Source: Priapulus caudatus
Taxonomy: Eukaryota
DNA: 62,900 bases
Direction of reading: 5' to 3'
NCBI RefSeq assembly: GCF_000485595.1
Contig: NW_014577082.1
Coordinates: 800,477 to 863,376, forward strand
This document shows, piece after piece, positions 49,340 through 61,221 of the stretch. The notes beneath the pieces were generated by a model that did no database searches, was not told the origin of the DNA, and saw only the letters and a list, made by a program, of their open reading frames with translations. How positions within the stretch are numbered: the first letter of the stretch is position 1; every line of letters starts with the position of its first letter. Position numbers and translations under genes: made by a program.

Positions 49340-52066
49340 CCTGCACTAATGTATATGTGCAGCTGCAAAAATATTTGTAGTGCTTTTAGCGTTTTCACAT
49401 ACACACACATAACTCTATAACTTGGCATACCAAGTTGTTATCATCACATGCAAGTACCTGTATATACAATAATGGTATTGTATTCTACGAGTTGTTTAAG
49501 GTGACATTAGCAGCGCTGACAAGTTGTTATTTGATAAAACTAGTACTACTAGTAGTGGCGGTCTTGGCAGGTGGGAGGGGCAAACTAGCGGGGGTCCGTG
49601 GTGTGGCGTGTTTTTTTATCCGTACACCCTAATTAATGCGTTAAAATTCGCCACCACACCATAGACGGTATTTGGTGGTTCTTTTAATATTATAAGATAG
49701 CCGAGCGTGTGCTAAGGTTAGTGTTGGGTTACAGGACAGGTTGATGTTGTACTTGTGCTTGTGTCCCGGGGGTAAAACATACACGAGTGGGTGTCCTGGT
49801 CGAATTGGGAATTCTTGACAATCGGTTCTCCATGCTTGGTCAACTTTTATGTAGTGGAATTTATATTCGGGGCGAGTGGTAATTTAAACGGGCGCAACAT
49901 TGAAACAGGGGGAGTTTATGCCCAAACGGGCGATCGCCGCGCGCCGTCCGTTCTGCGCACGTGAGAAAGAAACCTGAGACTAAAATCCTTCAATGGACGG
50001 AAAAGGGGAAATTAACGAACTGCCGGTTCTCATGTAACCAACACTGTGTCCAGAATGTCCTGACGATGTGGGAGAAGAGTGTATCTAAGGTTTTTTCAAG
50101 ATGGCTTTTTCAAACATTTTTTGTGAAACATCCTTGTTGGTGTTGTATTAACGTTGCAGAGCAAGGTCGTGCGCGGCGTATTTACCTATTTTTCTGTAGT
50201 ATTTTTTTCCTAGCGAGTCTTTTCTGTTTCGGAGGGGGGTTTTTTCACGTGTCTCAATTGGTTGAGCATGCACTTAGTGTAAACATGGCGACGCTCGTAA
50301 AACAATCGTGGGAATTTTAGTTGATATGGCTTGTGCAGAATTAGCAGAATTTACCGGTGATTTAAGAGATACACTCTACTTACGCGGTTAGAAGGCAGGA
50401 CAACTGTGACTGTGAGTTAAGTTTCATATGTCACACAAGGCAAAGTCAAAAAGAGAAAAGAAGGTGATAAAACTAATACTAATACTAGGAAGTAGATTGA
50501 ACTTTTATTTGAGATAATACAGGCAGTTATTTCATCGTAGATCTGCAGACTGATACGTTTTTTTGTGTATGGAAGCGTGTCGGGCTGTAGAGACAATCAG
50601 TCGCACAGCCTCGTCGGGCTAACCTCACGATACGGACAAGTACAGTATGACTCCACCAGCGCAGCCTCCGTGCTTGGTATGATAATGTCTGGGGCAGTGA
50701 ATTTTCGGAAGTGGTAGCGTGTTTAGTGGTGCGAGCTGTGGAATTTTCCGGGCCGTCGGATGACCACTGTGGATGAGTGTATTGTGGGGGGTGTGTGTGT
50801 GTGTGGTGGTTGCGGGGGGGGGTTCTCGCGGGAGAATATGTGATGTGTGATATGTTTGTGTAATGGAGAGCAGTGCGGGAGGGGGGGTGGTGGGGCGCGG
50901 GAAAAGCGATCCTGTTCGTGTGATATTTATACAATGATTTTGACACTGGCTTGTGTCCCGTATAGCTCTTGGGTTATAGTATGTGTAAGCAAGGCTCAGG
51001 GAATGTGTGATGATTATTGTTTATCATTATATACAACATTCATGTGTGAAGTGAGATGTCGACCGTATGGACATGGAGTGTGCGTTCGTTTAAATCGTTG
51101 AACCAACTTAGTGTGGGGGGTCGGTGGGGGTGTGTGGGTGTGCCTCGAGTTGGGGGTTTTTGTGTTGTCGTGGCGGGCGTGTGTGTTGTGTGTGGTGTGT
51201 GTGTGTTGGTGGGGGGCCTAATGCAGCAGAATTACGCCGGCCCCCTTTTTGTCGCTGACTATATGTCTAACTGTGTGTGTGTGTGGGGTGTCGTGAAAAT
51301 GGTGCGCGTGCGTGTGGTGGTATTTTGGTGGGGGGGCGCATGATAAATAGCGTATTGTATGGTGATGTTGTCCATAATGTTGTGTGCTTTTGTGTGGCGT
51401 GCTCTCATGGGCTAAGACGTTAGTTGGCTCCTGACAAGAGAAATTGTCAGATATTTCTCTAGCTTGCCTGGGTGTCGGGGCTTAGTTGGGGCGCATGGGT
51501 GGATATCCAGGCTACTGCCGAGTATAGGTGTATGTGGTCCTTATCACTTATGTTGGATAGGCGTTGTAGCGAGGAGTGGGTGGTTTTATCGGGTCGCCAC
51601 GGGTGTTGGTTGTGGTGGGTGGGGGGGGGGTGGGTGGCTCGGGGGTGGTGTTGTATGTTGATCTCCGAAGGAGTGCTGACGCCGTGGCCGGCGCCGACTG
51701 CGTTTAGCGGCGGTTGCGAGGGTTTTACCACTTATTGACTCGCGCTGGCAGTGGGGGTGGGGGGCGGCACGGGGGGGGGTGTGCGGGCGGGAGCAGTGGC
51801 GGGGGGGGCGGGGTGAGAGGGGGCGTGGGGGGGGAGGGGGGCAGGGGGGGGGGCGGGTGTGCATGCGAATACTGCGAGCACGTGGTGGCGTGGCCGTGCC
51901 AGTTTTTACACGTAGCTAAGTAGATACTGGCAAAGCAGCAGCAGCAACCAAAACTCGCCCCTGCCGCGCAGCGCGGCTCTGCAGCAGCAGCAGCAAATGC
52001 CCCCACCCAAGGCCGCCATAGCCAAGCCGGTGTGTGACGAAAACTGCGTGATGTTACGCTTCCCGC

Positions 52067-52922
52067 CAGGGTTCGAATTAACCGACGGCACCGACGGCAA
52101 TTGCCGTGGGTGCCCCTATCAATCGCCGTACTGCCCCTGAAAATCCAACCCGACCGACGGCAGTGACCTGCCTTGCCCTTTTCTGTAATTGCCGTCGGTG
52201 CCTCTGGCTAGACTGGTTCGCGGCCGCACTGTTTGTCGCAGAGCGTGTAGATTGTCTAGCAGAGCGTGAGGCCGGATACCAGTCTACCCTTCGGCAAAAA
52301 CAATAACGTGGCTGCCCGTAGTAGAACACGAATATTTAAATGCTGCACGTACACGCGGACTCGGCCCGCGCGCGATTTAAAGCGCGGTAAACGACACTCG
52401 CGCAAGAATGGCCAGCTTGTACGGTGTGTAGCTTGCTAGTTAGTGCAGTAAATTTAGAGAAATTTTAGTAGAATTCATACGATGACACAAAGTTTTTCAT
52501 AACAATGGTCTGGGTCTGGGCTAGTGAATGTTAGGTCAGGGCTAGTGGTTTTCCTCAGTTACTAGCCCGATGGTCTAGTGAAATAAAAAGTTAATGTTGA
52601 ACCCTGTTACTGTACTTCGATCCATTAGCAGACAGGGGGTACAGGGGTCGGTGTTACGGTGTAAGCTTACATGGGGGCGGAAGACGATGTACATGTGGGC
52701 GGGAGACGGTCTGTACATACACGGTAAAATTTTTTATTAATTTGTTATAAGTTTTCCTTTATTTTACAAAAGTGCCTTGGTGCCCTTCTCAAATTGTGAG
52801 AGTTGCCTTGATGCCTTTTAAAATTGCCTCGGTGCCCATCCATTTTAGAGAAAATTCAAGGCAATTTCTCACATGCCCCCAAAAAATTGCCTTGCCCCTC
52901 TCGTCGCTTAATTCGAGGCCTG
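52067..52922. mobile_element. Non-autonomous hAT element, 8-bp TSD
   Basis: TIR CAGGGTTCGAATTAA / TTAATTCGAGGCCTG; TSD CTTCCCGC (52059-52066, 52923-52930); shares both ends with 36577-37482. Confidence 0.85.
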
Positions 52923-53574
52923 CTTCCCGCTATACGGATTCGCGCGCCCGCCCTCCTTCGGCGCGCGAATTCGTATAGCGGGCAGCACGAGATGCTATAT
53001 ACAACACACCGCGGTCGCGTGCGCCCAGTCCCGCGGAAGTGCGCGGCTTAACCGCTCTCGGTGGTCGGGGAACAACGCATCTTGTGCTCCTTGTACCCGG
53101 TCTCTCTGGATGCCAAATTTGGATAATGCAACGTACTACAGACTACAGCACAGGGCTGTGGCTGTTGTGCCCAAACTTGGGATCTTGCACAAACTTGGAA
53201 TTTCAGCGCATCTGCAGTTTGGGCAACCAATCTTGAGATTGGGCAAGCAGAGGTAAACAGAGCTTGCACAAACATATGATTATTAGGATTTCAAATGTTA
53301 TATCATAAAGTATAAGGTCGTATACCTTCTTTCCTCAATGTGTTTGGCACCTTTGTATAAATATTAGGCCTAAATGATTATAATAAATAATTGGATAAAT
53401 ATGAGATAAATCTCTTCCTAGTTTGCACCACGCACGCCACACACTAGTCCGCAAATGCAGACGTAAACTCCGCTTTGCTAATCTGAGGGTGCGGGTTTAT
53501 CGTCTGCAGTCACCCTTGTAAAAATTGTTGCAATTTTTGTTGTGGGCATTGGATAGGTGAATCGAGTAGCACTG

Positions 53575-53600
53575 ANNNNNNNNNNNNNNNNNNNNNNNNN
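53575..53600. other. Assembly gap (N run); another single N near 57729
   Basis: Seen directly. Confidence 0.95.
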
Positions 53601-54491
53601 TGTTATGTTGTGGCCGCTACCAGGTCATCATAGCGTGCATGCACGTAGATAAATGATTCAGGTTCAGATTAAAGTAAGTTCCACGCAATAGGATTGTATA
53701 TATCGGGCGCATATATTACTTATAAGTGCCACCTCCAAACTGGAGGTGGCTTTCCGTGATTGAGATAGACGCGGCCGCAGACCCCATTACAATTTACTGG
53801 GGTCTGCGTTGGCTCGGACTAGCCACACACTTGCTATGAGCGGTTGTTGAATTACCGACTGTTTTCAGTTTGTCCAATCTTGAGATTGGTCAGTCAAACT
53901 AGGGAATCCGAAGTTTGGGCAGCACAATCGCTGCACAATCTCGAGATTGTGCAGATTCCAAATTTGGGTACGACTGTCCAAGAGCCCCGAACAGAATTGA
54001 GTCGGAATACGTCCAGTAAAGTAAAATTGCGCGCTATGAAAGAAACACTTCAAACTCATAAACTCACCACATCCCTAATTGGTCATCCAAAAATTAGTGA
54101 TTAAATGACATCGCCGTACTTTCAGTTAATTTCGTATATTTTCTGTTATGAACGTACCCCATCTTTGATTTTCTTCTCAGAAGAGATCTGTCTTGTAATA
54201 TATCAACTTAATACAAATAGATCGCTGACATTAAGACATTAGACAACTGCAATATAATTTTAGCATCTTATTTTTATTTAATATTTTTAGTGTTAAAATA
54301 AAATTCATAAACATCAAGATATTTACTGCGATATTTTGTCAGTTTCACATGTTTTGATCACATAGGCATTGGCTACTATAGACGGGTACCGTCTCTCCAC
54401 ACATAGATCCATAAAGAGAGTACATGGAGTACGTGAGAATATAGTGTGGAGATATGATCCAGTCTATTGGTAGTAACGCGCCAGTCGAAAG

Positions 54492-54662
54492 ATGGCAGGT
54501 GTCGAAGTTGTTTCAGAGCAAGGTTTCAGAACAGATGGTCGTAAACCTAATGAATTAAGGCGTATTCGATGTAAACAGGGCGTATTTTCTCATGCTGATG
54601 GATCAGCATATATTGAACAAGGAAATACAAAGGTTCTAGCCACTGTGTATGGCCCACATGAG
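54492..54662 (+). CDS. EXOSC4: Exosome complex component RRP41, exon 1 only (57 codons)
   Basis: MAGVEVVSEQGFRTDGRKPNELRRI.C..GVFSHADGSAYIEQGNTKVLATVYGPHE is the RNase PH-fold N-terminus of Rrp41; donor GAG|GTTAGC. Confidence 0.92.
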
Positions 54663-55807
54663 GTTAGCATAACCGGGTACCCGGTAACCGTTAGGCGTTA
54701 CTTATCATGAATATGATGCAGGTGTTCGTGTTGTGTACCTACCCAAACTTGGAATTAGCACAATCTCGAGATTGCGCAGCGATTGTGCTGCCCAAACTGC
54801 GGATTTCCTAGTTTGGCTGACCAATCTCAAGGGGTTTGTCTATATTCAGGCCGGTACAGGAGATAATTTGCATATTTTCACCACACCATAGACGGTATTT
54901 GGGGTTCTTGTATATATAAGATAGCCGAGTCGGTGTACAGTTAGTGTTGGGTTCAGGACAGGTTGACTGTTTGTACTTGTGTGTGGTCTGCAGTGCACGC
55001 GTGGTACGGTAAAAATACACGAGTCGGGTGTCCTGGTCGAATGGGAATTCTTGACAATCGATTCCCATGCTGTCAAACTTTTATTGTGGTGGAATTTAAT
55101 CGGGGCGGAGGTAATTTAAACGGGGCGCAACGATTGAAACAGGGGGGAGTTATCCCAAACGGGGCGCGCGCGCTCCGTTTGCGCAACGTAGAAAGAACCC
55201 TGAGACTAAAATCCTCAATGGACCGAAAAAGGGAAATTAACGATCTGCGGTCCTCATGTAAACCAACACTAGATCCGAGAACATGTCATCTAAGGTTTTT
55301 CCAAATGGCCCAAACATTTGTGAACATCGTTCCACAAGTTTGCTTTGGTGTGTAATTGACGTGAGAGCCATCGTGCGGCTATTGTACTATTCTTGTAGTA
55401 TTTTCTAGCGAGTCTTTTCTGTTTCGGGTTTTCCGTGTCTCAATTGTTGAGCATGCACAGTGTAAACATGGCGGGTAAACAATCGTGGAATTTAGTTGAT
55501 ATGCTGTGAGAATTAGCAGATTCTACCGTGAATTAAGAGATACACTCTACTCTAGTTTAGAAGCAGGACAACTGTGACTGTGAGTTAACGTTCATATGTC
55601 AAACAAGGCAAGTCAAAGCCAAAGGTGGTAAAACTAATACTAATACTAGAATAGTTGAACTTTTATTTGAGATATACAGAGTTATTCATCTAGATCTGCA
55701 TACGTGATACGTTTTTTGTATGGAAGCGTGTCAGGCTGTATAGACAATCAGTGGCACAGCCTCGTCGGGCTACCTCACGACGGACAAGTACAGACTAGAC
55801 TCCACCA

Positions 55808-56130
55808 GCGAGCCTCCGTGGCCCAGTGGTAGGCATTGTCCACTGAATGCTGCAAGTTCAAACCCCGGCCAGGGCAGTGAATTTTCTCAAGGTGTAAAAA
55901 CCTGGCTCTCAACATTGGAGACTGTGAATCTCCCGTGGCTCGGATGACCACGTAAAATGGCGGTCCCGTCTCCAGGAATATTACTGGCCAATGGGGACGT
56001 AAAAGAACCACTGAGGGCGCAAAAGCACTCTGGCTGTGACCACCCTCAGTGCCATTTGACTAAAATTTGACTACCTGGCTTTACCCAAGCTAGGTAACAC
56101 CTCATGGCTAACCAAGGCTCAGGGATAGAG
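55808..56130 (+). mobile_element. Probable tRNA-derived SINE
   Basis: A-box-like TGGCCCAGTGG, B-box-like GTTCAAACC, then GGATGACCACGTAAAATGGCGGTCCCGT...GGGACGTAAAAGAACC, reminiscent of Deu/Nin-type SINE cores. 3' end uncertain. Confidence 0.5.
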
Positions 56131-58038
56131 AAGATGTCCAGTCCTATCTTATCAACTAACATCATGCTATCCAATCACCGTACTGGACATCATCTCTATC
56201 CTTGAACCAACTATAGCCTGTTGCCTCGACGGACTTGCAGCCCCGGTTTTTGCGCGTAGCGCACAGCTCGCGGCAAAGCCGCGCCCCAACAGCGAATACG
56301 CCGCCCCCTTTTTGTCCACTTAGACAGATACCTTAGACAGGGGTCTGAAAACGCACTCCGCGAAAACTGGGCGCAATCAAACCGACATTTCGGAATGGAC
56401 GGCTTGAGGCCATCTCCAAACGGTCCCTAAACTTTTTTTGGAGTGGCGCGCCTCATGGCTAAGACGTAGTGGCTCCTACAAGAAAATTCCAGAAATGCTG
56501 TCAATCAGCGATGACGCGCTCGCTCATTGGCCGCTACGCGATGACAGGCGCTACTGCCGAGTATAGTGTTATGTCTATCACAGAGCTTTTTTCGAGTGTG
56601 TTACGGCGCTCCAGGTGGGGTGGCTGGAGGATAGTTGCTATCGTCGCGAGACTCGCGCGCGGTGGGCGCCGGGCGGGCTGAGTGTCGGCTCGCGCGCCGT
56701 CGCCGGGCGCGGCTGACTCGCTCGTCGTGGCCGAGTTTCCGCAAGTTTGCAGGTGGGGCGGCTGCCGCGGTGTTTTTGGCGGGCACGGGGGCACGTCATC
56801 TCACGTTCGGGCTGCCCCTTGCGCTAATCGTGCCCGTCCTGCGCAGGGGGAGGTCGTGCCGCCCCGGGCGAGGCCGGCTGTCGCCCGCGCCGCGCGGACG
56901 TTCCCGGCGCTCGCGTGGGGCCTGGCCGCGTGCGCCGGAGTTTGTTGCTAAGCGTAGCGGTAGCCTTTTGGGACGCTGCACAGTGAGCAGCCATGCTAGG
57001 AAAGGCAGGCAATCTGCGGGCTGGTCCGCCGGTCCGAGGCGCCACGCGGCCTGCTGGAGCCTCACCAGGCGGGGCGAGCCACCGGAGCCAGCATCAGTCG
57101 TTCCGCCGGCCAGGCCGCGGGCGCGCATCGCACGCGCGTGGGGCGGTGGCGGCGCCCTGCACGCCCGCGCGTGTTTTTTTTTTGTTTGTGTGTTCGGCCG
57201 GTGTCACCGGGGACATGGGGAGACGCGGGCTGGTCGCTTCTGCGGGGGGCCCTCCGCGTTCGGAGGGTTCGAACTTGAGGCACGGACCCCATGGCCACCG
57301 ACCGGCAGACTCGCTGCCCGTCGGGCGTGAACCGTTTCCGAATGCAGGCCCTACTGGGCCCGGTGAATCAAGTCGCAGACTGGGCGAGTGCGGCAGCTTG
57401 ACTGCTTTGCCGCTTATTTTCTTCTGCTGAGTGGTTGCGGCCCTCGGGTGCCTTTTCTGGGGCGGAGGCATGCCGGGCGCTCAGCAACCGCGGCACGAAC
57501 GGGGTCGGCTGTTCGCGGACCGCACTGTTTGGCGCGAGGAGGTGTAGATTGTCTAGGGCGAGCGTGGAGCGCGCTCGGTACAGTCTACTTTCGACAAAAA
57601 CGATAAGTAGTGGGCTGCGTCCGCTCGCCAGGGGGCGACATAATTTTGTTCAACTCTCGGCTTGGCCAGGTACACGCGATGCAGGCCCGCGCGCGATTTA
57701 AGAGCCTGCGTACGACACTCGGCGCAAGNTTTTGAGGATTTCGTTGACATTAATGTCATTCACTAACTCCTGTTCAGCGAAAAGGAGAATGAGAGCAGAG
57801 AATCGTGGCTGGGTCATTGTAGAACGAAGTATAGACTTGACAATGCTCATTTTAGAGAATGTTCGTTCAGCAGATGCAGAAGTAAGAGGAATTGTGGCCA
57901 GTCCTGTAAAGACGCGTGAGGCAAGGGAATTTTTTTTTTATATTTTTTTTGCCAATCAGCAGGGGGGGCCATGGCCCCCTTGTGCCCCCCCTTAGCTACG
58001 CCAGTGTCAGGAGCGTATAATGACAAATCCGTTTGTCA

Positions 58039-59620
58039 TTATACGCTCCTGATGATATCTATGGAAGCGATGCTCTGCTATGCGCCGAGTGGTGGCGCTA
58101 GTAGGCGATTCGTGCTTCGGAGATTTGGCGGTGACTCCCGATTGTTACCGAAGTTTTCGATCGCACCTGGTGCCGAAATACACGATTGGATGTTTGCACA
58201 ATGAAGCGTACAGTTTCAAAATCGAGAATTGTCAACATCATCAAATCCAAACAATCAAGCGCCAGATTAGGCGAAGTGGTACATACGGCGGTAAGACTAT
58301 AAGTGTATAAGTCAACTTCAGTGTAGTTAACGCTTAAAAATATTATGCTATGATGCGGGAACCCTTCCGTCTGTTCCTGATGTGATCATGTGGTAGTGGT
58401 ACAGCCTTTCATAGTCCGCAAATGCAGACGTTATAACTCCGCTTTGGTAATGTGAGGGTGCGGGTTTATCGTCTGCAGTCACCCTTGTAAAAATTGTTCC
58501 ATTTTTTGTTGTGGGCATTGGATAGGTGAATCGAGTAGCACTGAGGGCGTGACGGGGTTATATCCGACCCAAAATTTCAAGTACAGACCTTCTGTTTGTC
58601 AATATCGCTTTCCGAAGACTTATCTCCGTTTCAGAACTTTGTTTTCATGCAATAATTCATCGTAGTCAGAGTAACTTCGATACTTTTGGCCATATTGGAC
58701 AGATTTTTCGATCGACCAATGAAATTCACTTCCGGTAGCCTCGGGTTCACTCGGAAATAATAATTCGATGGCGCAGACTACCTACGATGTTTCCTGTTGA
58801 ACATCGGGAATAGCCGAAGTAATCGGAAGTGATTTTCATTGGTTGACAAATGTGAATGAAGACAGAACATTTTCTTTGGATGTTTATATTTACCATTACG
58901 TTAACAACTTGATATATTCTTATGTTGTGGCCCCTACCAGGACATCATAGCGTGCATGCACGTAGATAAATGATTCAAGTTCAGATTAAAGTAAGTTCCA
59001 CGCAATAGGATTGTATATATCGGGCGCATATATTACTTATAAGTGCCACCTCCAAACTGGAGGTGGCTTTCCGTGATTGAGATAGACGCGGCCGCAGACC
59101 CCATTACTGTGGTCTGCGTCGGCTCGGACTAAGCCTTTCACTGCAAGTGCAACGTATACAACTCGTGTTCAAGTCACAAACAACACACTGTTACACAGGG
59201 ATATTGGTTCCTAGGCCTAAAAACAGATCCTTACTTATGAGTGCTCTGAGTGAAGCATGCAGACAGATTTTCGTTTAAGTTTTGTTTTGGTTAAACATGT
59301 AAAACTCACTAGAACTTCTAGTAGAAGTGTTTACACATTCCGACCGCAATTACCACCAGTCTACACATAGATGCCTAGAGATACAATAATGTAACCCAAA
59401 CACAGTATAGGGTTACAACGCGAGCGTATCCTTTTGTGTGGAGGAGCCCCTGAGTGAATCACTCAGGGCGGTTTGCTGTAGATACAATAATGTAACCCAA
59501 ACCCAGGATAGGGTTACAACGCGTCGCTATGGTTTTCTGTGGAGGAAATTCAGGGAACCCCTGAGTGAATCACTCAGGGCAGTTTGCTGACCAGTGCGTT
59601 TTCAGAGACTAGAACTTCCA
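58039..59620 (+). repeat. ~1.6-kb near-identical direct duplication (copy 1); partial third copy at ~53447-53823
   Basis: Matches 61222-62900 almost base for base. Confidence 0.9.
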
Positions 59621-60181
59621 AACTGGGTTTGTTCTCAACACGCACCTTTCTCCGCTATCTTGGAACTTACTATGTATCACAATACTCTGTATTAAACTAA
59701 TATAACCTGTTACAAAAATTCGAAGTGACGAGCAGCGGATATATTGAGCGCCATTTCTGTTGACCTGTGACGTACGCATTCCCAATGCGCATAGCGTTCG
59801 GCTAACTTCGTCATGACGTCACGACTGACAGCAGGCATCCAATGATACATTCGATGTTGGAGTCGAAGTTAGTCGAACGCTATGCGCATTGGGAATGCGT
59901 ACATCACAGGTCAACAAAAATGGCGCTCAATATATTCGCCGCTTCTCACTTCGAATTTTTGTAACGGGTTATATTAGTTTAATACAGAGTATTGTGATAC
60001 ATAGTAAGTTCCAGGATAGCGGAGAAAAGTTCGTGTTTAGAATAAACCCAGTTTGGAAGTTCTAGTTTCTGAAAACGCACCAGCAAACCGCCCTGAGTGA
60101 TTCACTCAGGGGCTCCTCCACACAAAAAGATACGCTCGCGTTGTAACCCTATCCTGTGTTTGGGTTACATTATTGTATCTA
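59378..60181. mobile_element. Foldback MITE with long inverted arms and 11-bp TSD (Mutator-like)
   Basis: AGATACAATAATGTAACCCAAACACAG / CTGTGTTTGGGTTACATTATTGTATCT; TSD ATAGATGCCTA (59367-59377, 60182-60192); arms pair to the centre near 59845. Confidence 0.8.
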
Positions 60182-60903
60182 ATAGATGCCTAATAATATT
60201 ATGGACCATTACGGCATTAGTAATATGGAATTTAGAACGTAAATGTGACAAATTTCATAATTATTATGATGTACTGTACCTATATATTTAGTCACTAGTT
60301 TTAGTATTAAGAAAACAGAGAAGTTAGATGAGTTTAGCCAATATGTAGGCAAACATGCTAAGTGCAATAATAAATTGTAACTTTATCTGTTCATGTTTGT
60401 AATCAGTAGTCCTTCTCTTGCAGATCTTTCTAAACTACATATTATTCCTAAAGAGGCTGGCAAAGCAATCAAACGAAGCGGCAATGGCCGATAAATCCAT
60501 GACCCTGACAGCAAAATATGTAAAGTCTTCTGCGCAATCCACATACGATTCGTTGCGCGGATGACAAGCGAATCGGAAGTATCCCGATTTCTCATTGACT
60601 AGATCACCGAAGCAAATCTAGGTTGTAACACATGACTGTATCAGACAGCAGCTTGAATTCCTGCGTTCTTTCGGCGGCGAATCTTTAATCGGAATCCGTC
60701 GGAAGGTTTCGACGCGCGCACATCTCCGCCCCATTGTGATGTGAAGCTATGATACGCCGACTCGCACGTGTAGCGGGCCACGCCTGCGCTAGACGATCAT
60801 CCGTCGCAACAACGCAGCCACGGCGTGCGACCGGTGACGTTAACGACCACCGCTGCGGCGGCGTCGCCGATTTCGCAACTTTCGCGGACGTGCTCCGGTC
60901 GCC

Positions 60904-61079
60904 ATGTTGAATCAAGCGGCGGTGGAGGCGTTGTATTCGGCGGCCTACCTCGACGACTATGTCGACTGCATGGAGTTTCTTCCTAATGAGCTTCAGCGTA
61001 GCATCACACAGATGCGAGAGCTCGACCTCAAGTACCAGACGCTGCTGCGCGAGATGGAGCAACACTTGCAAGTGTTCAG
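60904..61079 (+). CDS. ING: Inhibitor of growth (ING1/2-like) protein, exon 1
   Basis: GCCATG start; MLNQAAVEALYSAAYLDDYVDCMEFLPNELQRSITQMRELDLKYQTLLREMEQHLQVF matches the ING N-terminal domain pattern (YL.DY.D..E.LP.ELQR....MRELD); donor AG|GTGAGG. Not in the ORF track (under 60 aa). Confidence 0.9.
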
Positions 61080-61220
61080 GTGAGGCGAGCGCGGGGGTGG
61101 ACAGGTGTTCAGGTGAGGCGAGCGCGGGGGTGGACAGGTGTTCAGGTGAGGCGAGCGCAGGGGTGGACAGGTGTTCAGGTGAGGCGAGCGTGGGGGTGGA
61201 CAGGTGTTCAGGTGAGGCGA
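61072..61220 (+). repeat. 33-bp tandem repeat (~4.5 copies) spanning the ING exon-1 donor
   Basis: Unit GTGTTCAGGTGAGGCGAGCGCGGGGGTGGACAG. Confidence 0.92.
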
Positions 61221-61221
61221 T

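Noticed and set aside
51450..51900. G-run region as a G-quadruplex cluster or proline-rich ORF
   Set aside because: Falls in the noisiest part of a probable long-read fill; the counterpart at ~56500-57100 lacks the G runs.
55815..55875. tRNA gene
   Set aside because: A/B boxes present but no complete cloverleaf; the following sequence looks like a SINE body.
56469..57701. GC-rich ORFs up to 231 aa
   Set aside because: Error-rich duplicate sequence with no recognisable domains.
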